Shown in pieces: positions 18,182-28,635 of a DNA stretch of 64,000 bases (positions within the stretch are counted from its first letter, which is position 1; every line of letters starts with the position of its first letter). The notes beneath the pieces are model-generated. The model was not told the origin of the DNA. It made no database searches and saw only the letters and a list, made by a program, of their open reading frames with translations. Origin of the DNA: Bacteroidales bacterium (GTDB lineage Bacteria > Bacteroidota > Bacteroidia > Bacteroidales > WCHB1-69); the NCBI GenBank assembly GCA_045616665.1, contig JAZLHE010000066.1, positions 1,800 to 65,799 of the forward strand. The letters run 5' to 3'. A program made the translations under genes and the position numbers.

Positions 18182-18721
18182 TTATTTACTATGTTTAACC
18201 CAAATTAATTTATTGGTGTCATAGCCACGGTTTTTTGCTTGCTGGAGTACAAACTCCAAGTCTTTTCCATCCATTTCCGGAGTTCGGCTCAAAATCCACA
18301 GATATTTGTCGTTTTTGCTTCCCACCAACGAAAACCTGTAGTCAGGAGCCAGTTCCATTACATTGTATTGGGAGTAGAAATTCATAAAGAAAGAAACCTC
18401 CAATTGCCCGGGTACATTCTCGTTGGGGCGGCGGGCTTTCCCGATACTTTGCTTGAAATTTCCGTCTAAGCTGCCGCGGTAGCCCGAGTTGGTGACTTTG
18501 ACGGTGCCGTCGCTTTTCAATTCGTAATCTGCCGTACATCCTTCCAGACCTCTTTCAAAAGAATGGTCAAAGCGTGCGATTTCGTACCAGTGCCCCATAT
18601 ACTTGTTGATGTCCAGTTCGGCGACAGTGGAATTGTTGATGGGCGTGCTCTTGGTGCAAGCACAAGAAGATAATCCTACAAATCCGAGGATTCCGCATAA
18701 ATAAGTGAATAGTTTGTTCAT
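18182..18721 (-). CDS. blc: Lipocalin-family outer-membrane lipoprotein (Blc)
   Basis: Lipobox LSSC, KYMGHWYEIAR, and YLWILSRTP. Confidence 0.9.
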   Translation of the reverse strand: MNKLFTYLCGILGFVGLSSCACTKSTPINNSTVAELDINKYMGHWYEIARFDHSFERGLEGCTADYELKSDGTVKVTNSGYRGSLDGNFKQSIGKARRPNENVPGQLEVSFFMNFYSQYNVMELAPDYRFSLVGSKNDKYLWILSRTPEMDGKDLEFVLQQAKNRGYDTNKLIWVKHSK

Positions 18722-18998
18722 GGTTTTTTGTTTTTGATGGTTAATACTAAGGTTGATAAATTTTGTTTTTTTGGTTTTGATTTCGACGACAAAAATAGAC
18801 TTATTTTTTCATTGAAAGAACATTGTTTTGTGAATGCTTTTATTGAGAAAAACGATAAAACGAGAAAAACAGGGAAAAAATATTTTATGTACTGTGAACT
18901 GAAATAAGTTTTTCCAACGGCAGATTTTCAAAAAAATGTCGCTATTTTGCGGAAGCGAAGGAAGAAATCTTTTTATGAGACGAAAAGGGATAATTCTG

Positions 18999-19037
18999 AA
19001 AAAAAAGAGAGTTCTGTCTTGAACAAGAACTCTCTTT
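18999..19037 (-). terminator. Terminator downstream of tRNA-Arg
   Basis: Stem AAAGAGAGTTCT / AGAACTCTCTTT with a plus-strand A-run, which is a T-run on the minus strand. Confidence 0.75.
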
Positions 19038-19039
19038 CG

Positions 19040-19111
19040 TAGCTCCGCTGGGAATCGAACCCAAATCTAAGGTTTAGGAAACCTCCATTCTATCCATTGA
19101 ACTACAGAGCC
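19040..19111 (-). tRNA. tRNA-Arg(CCT)
   Basis: Reverse complement is GGCTCTGTAGTTCAATGGATAGAATGGAGGTTTCCTAAACCTTAGATTTGGGTTCGATTCCCAGCGGAGCTA. It folds as a cloverleaf with anticodon CCT. Confidence 0.95.
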
Positions 19112-19205
19112 AGTTTCAAAATGCAAAAGTACTTCAAATTTCTTTATCTTCGGCGAAATAAAAAATTTTACTATTTTTGCCACCGATATTATAAATAATG
19201 ATAGT

Positions 19206-19901
19206 ATGTCGAATGAAAAGTTTGCCATTATAGGAGCGGGGCATTTTGGCTCGGCTATCGCAACGGCTCTTTCGGAAAAGGGAGCGGAAGTGTTAGTGAT
19301 AGATTCTGACATCAATGTGGTGCAGGAAATCTCTGAAGACGTGGCCTATTCTGTTTGTATTGATGCCACGAACAAGCGTGCCCTGATGGGTGAAAATATC
19401 CAGGATTTCGATGCGGTTATTGTCGCCATCGGCAACGATTTCGTCAAACGATTGCTCTGTGCCGCCAATTTGCTCGACTTGAACGTGAAGCGCATCATCT
19501 GCCGTTCGATGGGCGAAAGCCAGCGTATCATTTTGGGAAAGATGGGCATCACCGAGTTCCTTTCTCCGGAAGATGAAATCGGAAAGCTTTTTGCTGAAAG
19601 GTTGATGAATCCAAGTATGCTGTCGTATCTGCAGCTTCCCGATGAATATAGAATCGCGGAAATCATCACGCCACACCGGCTCATCGGACTTACCGTTGGC
19701 GATATCAATTTCCGAGACAATCACCGCTTGAGTCTGATTACGATTAGACGTGCGTTTGAAGAGGTTGTGGCGGATAAAATCGACAAGGAGGAACATATTC
19801 TCGGTGTGCCTGAAAACACTGCCCAAATCAAGGAAAATGACGTTTTTGTGCTTTTCGGTAAATCAATAGATATCGATAATTTTATCAAGATAAATCAATA
19901 A
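19206..19901 (+). CDS. TrkA/KtrA potassium uptake NAD-binding subunit
   Basis: FAIIGAGHFG Rossmann motif, VIVAIG, and an RCK_C tail. Confidence 0.92.
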   Translation: MSNEKFAIIGAGHFGSAIATALSEKGAEVLVIDSDINVVQEISEDVAYSVCIDATNKRALMGENIQDFDAVIVAIGNDFVKRLLCAANLLDLNVKRIICRSMGESQRIILGKMGITEFLSPEDEIGKLFAERLMNPSMLSYLQLPDEYRIAEIITPHRLIGLTVGDINFRDNHRLSLITIRRAFEEVVADKIDKEEHILGVPENTAQIKENDVFVLFGKSIDIDNFIKINQ

Positions 19902-19903
19902 GC

Positions 19904-21706
19904 GTGATGACGGATTCCTTGTTGACCAAAACCAAGACAAAAATCGATTTGCATATTGTCCAGCGAAAGCAATCGGTGGAGAAGACTATGCAGATTTTGA
20001 GCTTTATTGTCTCCGTGGTCACCATTGCCGCCATTGTCTTTTACCACGGCTGCTATATGAGTTCCACCGTGGTTTCAATTATTCGAGGACTGGTTTATTC
20101 CAGTTTGATCTTCTATATTTTCAAGTATTTTCTGTTGATGTTTTATTCGCTCCATAAGCGCAAATATATTAGGAAATCTTGGTTCGAATTTACGATTATT
20201 GTCGTACTCTTATTGCATTTTATTCTGTTTTCACTATTTGGATTCGATCTTTTTCAATTAGCCAAATATGAAAACATATACATATTATGTATTCAGTTGT
20301 ATTTTCTGGTGATTGTGATGATTGAATTGGCAAAGGCAAGTACGCTGTTGGGGAAAATTGACCTCAGTCCGCCGTTTTTGCTGATGGCGTCTTTCTTCAT
20401 TTTAATTGTTCTTGGTACGATTTTGCTCTTGTTGCCGCGAATGACCACGCATCATATTTCGTTTATTGACGCGTTGTTTACGGCCACGAGTGCCAGCTGC
20501 GTTACCGGCTTGACGGTGTTGAGCACCGCCAACGATTTTTCCTTTCAAGGGCAAGTAGTGATTATGATTTTAATGCAGTTGGGCGGTATGAGCATTCTAT
20601 CGTTTGCTACATTTTTCACTACGTTTCTGTCTCGTTCTTTTGTGGGTTTGCGCTACCAGTATCTGGTTAAGGATATGCTGTCGGCCAACAAGGTTTCCGA
20701 TACTTTCAGCTTGTTGCGTCAAATTATCTTGGCCACTCTCGTTATTGAGGCATCGGGAGTCCTGATGTTTTATATGTATTGGCGTACTACCGGCTTTTTT
20801 GACGGAAAGGGAACCACGTTCTTTTATTCGCTTTTCCACGCTGTTTCGGCTTTCAATAATGCGGGTTTTGCCCTTTGGGACGCCAGTTTCCGCGATGCCC
20901 AGGTCTGCAACAGCTTTTTCCCGCAAACGATTATTATGATATTGGTGTTCTTGGGCGGTATCGGTTTTGTAACCATTAGCGAATTTTTCAATCCCGCCAT
21001 TATCCGCGAACGGAAAAAATATAGATGGAAACAGCTTTCTCCAGGAACAAAAATCGTGTTGTTGACCACTTTCGGCATTATTATCATTGGTACGCTCCTG
21101 TTTTTCTTCTTGGAGTACAATCATTCCCTGGCTGAAAAAAACACTTTGGTAGATAAAGTCTTTGCCAGTATGTTCCAAATTATTTCCGGACGAACTGCCG
21201 GTTTTAATATTATTGATGTCAATGCGATTTCCATTCCGGGAATGCTGCTGGTGATGATGATTATCTTTATCGGTGCTTCACCGGGTTCTACCGGTGGCGG
21301 TATCAAGACAACCACTTTCTTCGTGCTGATGAAGTCCGTTTTTGCAACCATTAAGGGAAAAAAGCACATTGAGTTCGATAAAAAGACGATTCCTTTCAGT
21401 TTGGTGGATAAAGCCTATTCCATCGTGGTACTGTCTATCGGCATTATCTTTATTTCCGTGTTTGTACTTGCCATTATTGAACCTGAAACCAACCTTATCA
21501 ATATCTTGTTCGAATCCATTTCCGCCTTTACGACTTGCGGATTATCCACCAATTGTCAAGCCGCGTTCTCTGATGCGGGCAAGTTTGTCTTGGTGATGGA
21601 TATGTATATCGGTCGAATCGGAACTTTGACGATTGCCTACGCTCTGGGCAAGCGTTCCTTCGAATCCAATCATACTTATCCGGAAACTTATTTTATGGTG
21701 GGTTAG
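19904..21706 (+). CDS. TrkH/KtrB potassium uptake permease
   Basis: Four pore-loop motifs: SASCVTGL, SAFNNAGF, GRTAGF and SAFTTCGLS; also GSTGGGIK. Confidence 0.93.
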   Translation: MMTDSLLTKTKTKIDLHIVQRKQSVEKTMQILSFIVSVVTIAAIVFYHGCYMSSTVVSIIRGLVYSSLIFYIFKYFLLMFYSLHKRKYIRKSWFEFTIIVVLLLHFILFSLFGFDLFQLAKYENIYILCIQLYFLVIVMIELAKASTLLGKIDLSPPFLLMASFFILIVLGTILLLLPRMTTHHISFIDALFTATSASCVTGLTVLSTANDFSFQGQVVIMILMQLGGMSILSFATFFTTFLSRSFVGLRYQYLVKDMLSANKVSDTFSLLRQIILATLVIEASGVLMFYMYWRTTGFFDGKGTTFFYSLFHAVSAFNNAGFALWDASFRDAQVCNSFFPQTIIMILVFLGGIGFVTISEFFNPAIIRERKKYRWKQLSPGTKIVLLTTFGIIIIGTLLFFFLEYNHSLAEKNTLVDKVFASMFQIISGRTAGFNIIDVNAISIPGMLLVMMIIFIGASPGSTGGGIKTTTFFVLMKSVFATIKGKKHIEFDKKTIPFSLVDKAYSIVVLSIGIIFISVFVLAIIEPETNLINILFESISAFTTCGLSTNCQAAFSDAGKFVLVMDMYIGRIGTLTIAYALGKRSFESNHTYPETYFMVG

Positions 21707-21711
21707 AGGCT

Positions 21712-22605
21712 TTAGTCGGCTTCGGAATAGCCAAAACGCTTCATCAGAAGGTCGTTGTTGCGCCAATCCTTAAGCACCTTGACCGACATATCCAGGTAAA
21801 CGTGTTTGCCCAAGAATTCTTCAATGGCGGTGCGGGCCTCGATTCCCAATCGTTTGATGGCAGTGCCTTTGCTGCCGATGATGATGGCTTTCTGGGTGTC
21901 GCGTTCAACGTACAGCATCGTGCCAATGCGAATCATATCATCTTCTTCTTTGAAGCTTTCCACGACCACTTCAACGCTATAGGGGATTTCTTTTTTATAC
22001 AGCAGTAATAATTTTTCCCTGATGATTTCCGAAACGAAAAAGCGGACGGGGCGGTCGGTGAGTTCGTCTTTGGGAAAATAGGCCGGAGAAATTGGAAGAT
22101 GCTGTTTGATTTTCTCTATCAGCACCGAAATGTTTTTGTCGTCGCGGGCCGAAATTTCCACGCAGTCGGCTTTGGGCAGCAGTCCTTGCCAAAGCTGTCT
22201 GGCAGCTTCGATTTGTTCGGCTGTTGCTTTGTCTATTTTATTGACAACAAGAATGATGGGGATTTCAAGCGCATTCAGTTTATTGATAATTTCTTCGTTG
22301 TATTTGCTTTCACCGCATTCCACCAAATAAAGCACTACGTCGGCGTCTTTCAGCGATTCGGTGACAAAACGCATCATCATCTCCTGCATTTTGTAGGCGG
22401 GCGTGAGGATGCCGGGAAGATCGGAATAGACAATCTGAAAATCATCACCGTTGACAATTCCCTTGATGCGGTGACGCGTGGTTTGTGCCTTGGCCGTAAT
22501 GATGGACAGGTTTTCGCCAACCAGACGATTCATCAAGGTGCTTTTTCCTACGTTCGGATTGCCGATGAGGTTGACAAATCCTGCTCTATGTGTTGTTTGT
22601 TCCAT
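21712..22605 (-). CDS. era: GTPase Era
   Basis: GNPNVGKSTL, AQTTR, NKID, EIPYS, and KH domain IIGSKG. Confidence 0.97.
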   Translation of the reverse strand: MEQTTHRAGFVNLIGNPNVGKSTLMNRLVGENLSIITAKAQTTRHRIKGIVNGDDFQIVYSDLPGILTPAYKMQEMMMRFVTESLKDADVVLYLVECGESKYNEEIINKLNALEIPIILVVNKIDKATAEQIEAARQLWQGLLPKADCVEISARDDKNISVLIEKIKQHLPISPAYFPKDELTDRPVRFFVSEIIREKLLLLYKKEIPYSVEVVVESFKEEDDMIRIGTMLYVERDTQKAIIIGSKGTAIKRLGIEARTAIEEFLGKHVYLDMSVKVLKDWRNNDLLMKRFGYSEAD

Positions 22606-22614
22606 AAATTTCTT

Positions 22615-23394
22615 CTATTTATCGTATTGCTTTAATTGAGGCACACCGTTTTCCTTGAATTCCAAATAGCTATAATGGCTAATCCAATCGCCGATGTTGA
22701 AATAAACCGCTTTGTCGTCAATGTTTTTTTCAATCATCAGATGTCGGTGGCCGTAAATGAAAAAATGAATATCTTCGTGTTGGATAATCTGTTGGCAGTA
22801 TTGGACCAGCATTTCCTTGTCATCACCCATATAGGAAATCTCGTCTGCCGAGGTCATCGTGCGACTTTTGTGTGAAAAAAAACGGGCGATGGCAAAACTG
22901 TGGCGGGGATGCAGGCATCCGTATAATTTGCGGTTGGGACGGAAGGCAAAAACGCCTTTGATGAATTTATAGCCCAGGTCTTTGGGACCTAATCCGTCGC
23001 CGTGACCCACCATACATCTTTTCCCATTGATGACAAACGCTTGCTGTTTCCTGAAAACAATCGCTCCAAATGTTTGGGAGAAATAGTCCTGTACCCACAT
23101 ATCGTGATTTCCGGTGAAATAGTAAATAGTGATGCCTGATTCGTGCAGTTCTTGAAGTTTGGCCAATAGCATAATATAGCCGCGAGGAACCACGTCCCTA
23201 TATTCGAACCAGTAATCAAAGATGTCTCCCAAAAGGAAGAGGTGGGTGCATTCAGACTTGATGTCATCTAACCAGCGGACAATTTTTCTTTCGCGGATAT
23301 TACTTTCCTTTTCATTGGGCACTCCCAAGTGAAAATCGGATGCGAAAAACGCATTTCCCTGAATCGTAATTGCCTGTTGAAAAATAGTTGCCAT
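22615..23394 (-). CDS. lpxH: UDP-2,3-diacylglucosamine hydrolase
   Basis: SDFHLG, LGDIFD, GNHD, HGDGL, GHRH and GDW motifs. Start corrected to ATG 23394, which has its own promoter upstream. Confidence 0.88.
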   Translation of the reverse strand: MATIFQQAITIQGNAFFASDFHLGVPNEKESNIRERKIVRWLDDIKSECTHLFLLGDIFDYWFEYRDVVPRGYIMLLAKLQELHESGITIYYFTGNHDMWVQDYFSQTFGAIVFRKQQAFVINGKRCMVGHGDGLGPKDLGYKFIKGVFAFRPNRKLYGCLHPRHSFAIARFFSHKSRTMTSADEISYMGDDKEMLVQYCQQIIQHEDIHFFIYGHRHLMIEKNIDDKAVYFNIGDWISHYSYLEFKENGVPQLKQYDK

Positions 23395-23444
23395 AAAAAT
23401 GATTATAAATGCAAAAATACGAATTTTTTCAATGTGTTGGACGG

Positions 23445-25220
23445 TTAGGATTCCATCAACAAGACGCCGCTGACGGACCAATAGCTGAAACTTCCTGCCT
23501 GGGGGTCGCCTTGCGGGATGGCGATGCCAAGGGTGTGCATCCCGGCAGGCAGATGGCTGAGGTCGAAATAGACGGGTTGCGTGGCGGTACCCGGACACCA
23601 GCCGCTACGGGAATAGTCGCTGCTGGAAACGCCGTTCCAGAAATTGCCGCTCACCGGATTCCATTCGCGGTAGCATCCGCAATCCTGTCGCCAAGGAGTG
23701 TAGTTATACTCCGCTTTCCCATCAATGAGGATGGTGTTGGACTTGGGGTTGAATTCGTCACCGCCGCCCCAGCCGCCGTGTCCCGTGCTGATGAAACGCA
23801 AACGTGCATTTTCGGGATTGGGGAGATAAAAATCGACAAACAGCGTGTCTGTGCCGAATAACTTGCCGTAATTCTGTCCAGCCATCTCCAATACATTGCA
23901 AGTGTTGAACAGCGATTGGCAAAGTTCAGTCTCGCCTTTTTGCGGAAGGTCGTCCCAAAAGTAATCGCCGGGATACGATTTGATGTCTAAAGTTACTTTA
24001 TGTCCGCCGCCGTCATAATTCCCAATCCAAATGCCAATGAGGACTTCGTTGCCTTGTAAATAGCCGCTGAGGTCGGTGACTTCCTCCTTGTAAAAGGTCT
24101 CGTTTTTCCATTCCAGTCCGTCGATTTTCACGCGGTCGTTGAAATGGCCTACGCCAAACGGCGTAAAGAAACGCATCAGTTCCACGGGCGGCTGGTAACT
24201 GCAAGTCGTGTTTCCTTCTGTCCATTGCGTAAGGGCGATACCCTGGTACTTTTGTCCGTCACGTCCATAAATGATAGGCAGAGAATCGGGGTGCTGGTTA
24301 ATGCCATCAAAAAATGTGGACCTGAAATAGCCTTGTGGAATCACAAAGACACTGCCGGTGCGGTCGTAAGCATCGCCGTTGGAACGCTGGTGCAGTTCGA
24401 TGAAAGTCTGATAATGTTTGGGCAGTACGGGCAACTTGACTTTTTTCAATATCAGGGTGCCGCCGGCAAAATGCAGCACGCTGTCGTATGGAATTGACGT
24501 GATTAGATTGTCATTGATGTGGTCGTCCTTCTTTCCCCAGCAAAGCTGCTCATCGTCAAAAATTCGATGCGTGATAATCATCTTTTGCCTTTTCATTTTG
24601 GAAAATTCCTTCTCGCTGATCCTTTGGAAAGGACCAACGACGAATGGATTCTGTATTTTGTTTTTGATGTCCTTATCCACAAAAGTCTTACACAGTTCCA
24701 GTCGCTTTTGCCCGTTGCGCCAATAACTGATGAGGATGCCGTGAAATCTTCCGTAGTAGGGAATCGGCGTGATGTCATCGGGATAATCCTGAACAAAAAA
24801 TTCCAATTTGTTGCTGTTGATGCTGCAAGTGTAGCGCGTCAGTCCGTTGATGTCGGCGGTGTCGAAGGCGATGTCGTTGCGACTGAAGCCGGAAGCCACT
24901 TCATACAATATCTCGTTGGCGTCTCCTTCAAAATGGATGTGCTCGTAAGCACTATCTTGACTCAATTTCACCACCAAAAGTTGCTTTGCGTAACCCGGTA
25001 CGAATTTTCCGTCAACTTCTTCATCCATAATGATATAATCGTTGCCATTCATCAAAATATGGGTGGTGGAAGTGTCAATTACGTCTCCATATTCATAAAC
25101 ATTATATTGAAAATGGTTGGCCTTAGGCGAAATTCTGACGGGATTTGTCTGTGCTGTACATAGGGAGTAACAACATAATGTCGTCAACAAAAACAGTAAG
25201 TTTTTTTTCATCTTTATCAT
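23445..25220 (-). CDS. Peptide-N-glycosidase F-II-like protein (secreted)
   Basis: Signal peptide; SNGDAYDRTGS, VELMRFFTPFG, TGHGGWGGGDEF, NPVSGNF and SRSGWCPG motifs. Start at 25220 or 25211. Confidence 0.85.
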   Translation of the reverse strand: MIKMKKNLLFLLTTLCCYSLCTAQTNPVRISPKANHFQYNVYEYGDVIDTSTTHILMNGNDYIIMDEEVDGKFVPGYAKQLLVVKLSQDSAYEHIHFEGDANEILYEVASGFSRNDIAFDTADINGLTRYTCSINSNKLEFFVQDYPDDITPIPYYGRFHGILISYWRNGQKRLELCKTFVDKDIKNKIQNPFVVGPFQRISEKEFSKMKRQKMIITHRIFDDEQLCWGKKDDHINDNLITSIPYDSVLHFAGGTLILKKVKLPVLPKHYQTFIELHQRSNGDAYDRTGSVFVIPQGYFRSTFFDGINQHPDSLPIIYGRDGQKYQGIALTQWTEGNTTCSYQPPVELMRFFTPFGVGHFNDRVKIDGLEWKNETFYKEEVTDLSGYLQGNEVLIGIWIGNYDGGGHKVTLDIKSYPGDYFWDDLPQKGETELCQSLFNTCNVLEMAGQNYGKLFGTDTLFVDFYLPNPENARLRFISTGHGGWGGGDEFNPKSNTILIDGKAEYNYTPWRQDCGCYREWNPVSGNFWNGVSSSDYSRSGWCPGTATQPVYFDLSHLPAGMHTLGIAIPQGDPQAGSFSYWSVSGVLLMES

Positions 25221-25278
25221 AAGGTTTTTATTGTCGAAATAATACAAGGCAAATCTACGCAAAATTGTTCATTTTGTT

Positions 25279-26364
25279 TTATTTTACCACAAAAATAGCA
25301 TCTGCCAGACTGCTATATTCTTTCCCCTTGAAACTAAAATTTATCCTCTTCAGCGATTCATTGGTAAATGTTTTCAAATAAGATTTGACAGCAGGCTCAA
25401 TTTGTTCAAAGGCACGCTTCATTTTCCAAGATTGTGACAAGTCTGAAGAATCTACTAAAACCAAGAATAAACGATTTTCTGCGCCAAAACGCATTTCACC
25501 TTGATTTTCATACAACCAAGTCATCAAGTCGTTTTTATTATTTTGTGCATCTGCGATAATGGCTTTTCGTTTATCTCTCAATTCAAGCAATATATCATCG
25601 TGTCCCGATGCACCTATTTTCTCTGAAATTATAGCTGCTGATTCTGAACGATTTAGCACTATTCCTATATCTTTCGCTTTCTGTTTCAGCCATGATAATT
25701 CGCTTTTTCCGTTTAATTTTGCTTTCAATTTGTCATTCATATATTGATTAGGGAAAAAAGTGACTTTTAAATCAATAGGAATGTCGTCGATAAAGAAATC
25801 AACGCTTTTTATCTCGCCGACAGCAGAAACGACTTTTTGGTGATGTTTGAATATTGATTCTATTAGATATGAAGTCCAATTGTTGTACCAACTTGTACGA
25901 ACATAATTCCAAGCATTGGCTTGTATTTCAGTTTGTTTACTTTGTAAATCTTCATATTTGCTGATAACTTTTACAAATCTACTTACAAGATGTTTGTCGA
26001 GAGAGTTGTTTTGGTCGCCACCCCATTCGTATGTATCAATATGATATAAATCAGATTTGAGAGCATTCTCATCTATACCCATTTCTCGATACCACTCGTT
26101 GTTTATATCACGCAAATAGGCGTCAAGCAGGTTCAATGCCTTATCAATATCATTTTCCAACATTGAGAACAATTCTTTGTTTTGGTCCGTAATCTTTGTT
26201 GCATTCAACTGAATATTGTTTTGCTCAAGGAATTTTGACATGGGTAATTTTTTTGATATGGCTCTTACTTTTAGCCACAACAAAGCATTTTTGTCATTGT
26301 TAAACGCCAAAAGATTCTGATTGCGAAACTCTTTATCCCATTTTTCAAAATTGATATTATTCAT
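25279..26364 (-). CDS. Probable Type II restriction endonuclease
   Basis: Directly downstream of a DNA MTase, AT-rich, with a PD-(D/E)xK-like SVDFFIDDIPIDLKVT. Confidence 0.7.
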   Translation of the reverse strand: MNNINFEKWDKEFRNQNLLAFNNDKNALLWLKVRAISKKLPMSKFLEQNNIQLNATKITDQNKELFSMLENDIDKALNLLDAYLRDINNEWYREMGIDENALKSDLYHIDTYEWGGDQNNSLDKHLVSRFVKVISKYEDLQSKQTEIQANAWNYVRTSWYNNWTSYLIESIFKHHQKVVSAVGEIKSVDFFIDDIPIDLKVTFFPNQYMNDKLKAKLNGKSELSWLKQKAKDIGIVLNRSESAAIISEKIGASGHDDILLELRDKRKAIIADAQNNKNDLMTWLYENQGEMRFGAENRLFLVLVDSSDLSQSWKMKRAFEQIEPAVKSYLKTFTNESLKRINFSFKGKEYSSLADAIFVVK

Positions 26365-26375
26365 AGAGTTTGATT

Positions 26376-27440
26376 TTATCTTGTACATATTAAAAGTATT
26401 TCACTACTACCTGCAACACTGCCTTTTCCACCCCTTGAATTGTTATATGTTTTGTATTCAACTTTAACGTTTCTAAAAGGTTTTATTAAGTCCACCATAG
26501 TTTCAATGGATGGATAACTACGATTGTTGTAACTCACTATCCAATTGGGAATAAAGTCAGACAATTCAAATAGTTTAAGGAAAGAAGAAATAATGTTTCC
26601 CTTTTTATCAAAACCACTATAACGTTGTGGCTCATATCTTTTTATTCCATTTATAAACTGTTTGTCTCGCCAATATTCCGTATAGGTTTCCAATAAATGA
26701 TAAAACCCTTGATAATCAGCATGGCTATTGCAATATGGCGGATCGAAATACACTAAATCTATGTTGCTTAATTGAGGTAATAAATCAAGAATATTTTCAT
26801 TGTAGCTTTGATTGTTTTGTCCATTGTCAAAAACGGCGTTATTATATTGTGGTAATATTTCCAAAAACAACTCTTTGATAGGACGAACCAAACTTCTATT
26901 GCGTTTTACTCTTTCCGGATTATTGGCGTAAACCAGAGCTTGAGTATGACCGAAATGCCCCATGGTAATTTTTCTGGTTAAACTGCGATTCATTGCAGCA
27001 AAAGCCAATGCTTGTTTATATTTGTTTTTCAAACGTGGAATATTCGCACGGAAATTATCAATAAACTTTGAATCTTCTTTTTGAAAGAAAATCCCCGTAA
27101 AAACATCATCCATCAATGTATAGTCAGACTTGTTTGGCGATTTTTCAAAAAGTATTTCAATGTCTGAAGAGTCTAATTGTTCGATTGAATTTTCAATGAG
27201 AGCAGTTCCTATTTGATTGTTGAAGTTCAAAAAATCATTTGTAATAGTTTTATATCCGAGTTGTTTGAAATAAAAACTTATAGACTGAGAACCCGCAAAT
27301 GCATCTAAAGCGGTACTTACGTTATCTGGCAGAAACTGAGCAATCCAAGGTATAAAATTTATTTTTGCTCCCAAATATTGAGGTTCAGGGAACTTATAGT
27401 TGAAATATTTATATTCTTCAAAAAGTACGTTGTTTAGCAT
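26376..27440 (-). CDS. N6-adenine DNA methyltransferase (Dam/D12, alpha class)
   Basis: QYLGAK, motif I DAFAGS placed N-terminally, TND, and motif IV YFDPPY. Confidence 0.92.
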   Translation of the reverse strand: MLNNVLFEEYKYFNYKFPEPQYLGAKINFIPWIAQFLPDNVSTALDAFAGSQSISFYFKQLGYKTITNDFLNFNNQIGTALIENSIEQLDSSDIEILFEKSPNKSDYTLMDDVFTGIFFQKEDSKFIDNFRANIPRLKNKYKQALAFAAMNRSLTRKITMGHFGHTQALVYANNPERVKRNRSLVRPIKELFLEILPQYNNAVFDNGQNNQSYNENILDLLPQLSNIDLVYFDPPYCNSHADYQGFYHLLETYTEYWRDKQFINGIKRYEPQRYSGFDKKGNIISSFLKLFELSDFIPNWIVSYNNRSYPSIETMVDLIKPFRNVKVEYKTYNNSRGGKGSVAGSSEILLICTR

Positions 27441-27645
27441 TTCAATTATTGCTTAGTTCAACTTGCAAAGGTACTAAAATTCTCTTTATACTCCACGAGG
27501 ATATTATGTAAGTTTTTCATTATTAACCCACAAAAATTTAATTTTTTACTCTCACTCCACCCCCGATGGAATTTTGTGTGAATACTAATGCTTGTTGATC
27601 TAAATATCAATATAAAAATCCAGACTTATGCTGTCAGCAATTAAT

Positions 27646-28520
27646 CTACCTGATTCTGTTGTCTTGGCTAATTTGTAGCCAAAATGAACCTCCGTGTTTT
27701 TCCACACTCGTTAGATTTGGATGTTCCCACATCGGAGCAATGATTTTTGACAGTTCGTTATCCCGGCTTATAAAATAATTCGGGAGAATAGTTTTGTACC
27801 TTTCTGGATTTGCCATTAGAAAGGCAGCGAGCGTATATTGTTCATTGTAAAATCTGTCACACATAAATTGCGGATAATCGTAGGGAAGATAAATGTCGTG
27901 AAAGTGGACAATAACTCCTTTTTTTAAGAAAGGAAGTAACTCTAAAAAGCAAATCATCGCGTCAGAATTGGGAAATACCCGATGAGAATTGTCTATGAAT
28001 AAAATGTCATTTTCATCAAGAGATTCTATGATGAAATTATTTTCTGATAAATTCTCGAAAGGTTTTCTGATTACTTTATTGGCGATGTGGTTAATATTTG
28101 CCCTTGGGAAGGGATCTATTGAAATTATTTCTGTATTTAAGCCGTTTTCTTGAATGGATTTTTTGGCCACCTTGGTTGAATTTCCAGATCCGATTTCAAT
28201 GTACCGTGATGGCTTATATCGGGCTATCATTCCATAAATGCCTATAACGTCCAGTCCTGGTAAATATCCATTGTTCCAAGCGGGATTGTTTTCGTCAGTT
28301 TCCACTCGCGCATTTTTAATTTCTTGAATTCTATCTGTGTATTTTAAAAAAACTCTAAATTGCTTTTATACAACGACTTATCTTTGCTTATTATGTCAGA
28401 TAGAAGAGAATATGCTTGATTTCCATATCCAAATCTTGGCTTAGGGGTTACTTTGTATTCTAAATGAATGCTTTGAAATTTTGGCGACAAGAATCTGTAA
28501 ACTGACTTGATTTTATTCAT
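27646..28520 (-). pseudogene. Class I SAM-dependent methyltransferase (Methyltransf_24-like), frameshifted in a T7 tract
   Basis: ORF 28520-28344 ends GAG TTT TTT TAA. One extra T in the run (plus-strand A7, 28346-28352) joins it in frame to ORF 28305-27646, which carries IEIGSGNST, ILFIDNSH and VHFHDI. Confidence 0.8.
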
Positions 28521-28635
28521 TGCAATTATAATTTTTCGTTGTTGATTAAGTCGCAAAAATACAAATTTTAACGGAACTATCCTGTTTCATCTTGTATAAG
28601 ATTATTTTTTACTCGAGAATGTTTTTCTTTACCGT

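Noticed and set aside
19040-19111. tRNA-Arg as the integration site of the upstream island
   Set aside because: No duplicated tRNA 3' end was seen, and blc lies between the tRNA and the island boundary.
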